A DNA stretch of 64,000 nt. Source: Saccostrea cucullata. Taxonomy: Eukaryota. The notes under the pieces were generated by a model. The model was not told the DNA's origin. It made no database searches and saw nothing but the letters and a program-made list of their open reading frames with translations. The stretch is from NCBI RefSeq assembly GCF_032062105.1, contig NW_026936150.1, forward strand, positions 434,001 to 498,000, in the 5' to 3' direction. Of this stretch, positions 63,714 to 64,000 are shown piece after piece (within the stretch, counting starts at the first letter, position 1; the number at the start of each line of letters is the position of its first letter). Both the position numbers and the translations under genes were made by a program.

Positions 63714-64000
63714 TGCCCTGTTCACACGGAGAGTTTAATTCGAATTAAACGTAAAGTTATTGCGAATCAGCTTCGCTTAGCGTTCACACGGAGAATTTAA
63801 TGCGAATTAGTTTAATTCGAATTAGTTTACTGCGCATTAAATTACTTCGCATTAGCTCCGTGTTAACGCAAAGCAGTTAATTCGAATTAAATTCTGACGC
63901 ATGCGTAATGGCAAAATTTAGTCAAATGCCACTTGTCGGTGGTCAGCTATAAATACTTGTGCTATTTTTGAGTGAAGAATTAAGGAAAATTTTGTTAATC
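63714..64000. mobile_element. PIF/Harbinger-like MITE end
   Basis: GCCCTGTTCACACG terminus with repeated aattcgaatt/ttcacacgg motifs. The other end is not in the window. Confidence 0.5.

Overview
AT-rich, intron-containing eukaryotic DNA. The repeat families (Helentron-borne ~165-bp satellites, bivalve-type SINEs, Penelope-like RT) suggest a bivalve, probably an oyster; this is an inference. The window is a minus-strand tandem array of Mesh/SUSD2-like type I membrane protein genes: signal peptide-NIDO-IPT/TIG-AMOP-vWD(GDPH)-Sushi-TM-short tail, 16 coding exons, ~1050 aa. In transcription order (right to left) it holds: copy D (57568->63674, exons 6-16, 5' part outside the window); pseudogene C (43075-55750, fragmented by TEs); copy B (25327-38753, all 16 exons, two +1 homopolymer frameshifts); an isolated intact terminal exon (12315-12438); and copy A (879-9215, exons 1-13, running off the left edge). 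The copies form two alternating subtypes. A (with its decayed paralog C) is type I and carries an RVKRR furin-like site; B and D are type II and carry an RGD loop insertion. B and D also contain tandem degenerate copies of their own splice junctions. Introns and intergenic DNA are filled with TEs, several nested: non-autonomous Helentrons, Tc1/mariner, hAT, Kolobok and Harbinger-like MITEs, a Sola relic, an L2/CR1 LINE, Penelope-like fragments, a Gypsy relic, a solo LTR, SINEs and large palindromic elements. Exon boundaries were read by hand from GT-AG sites and phase matching between paralogs; no database searches were run.
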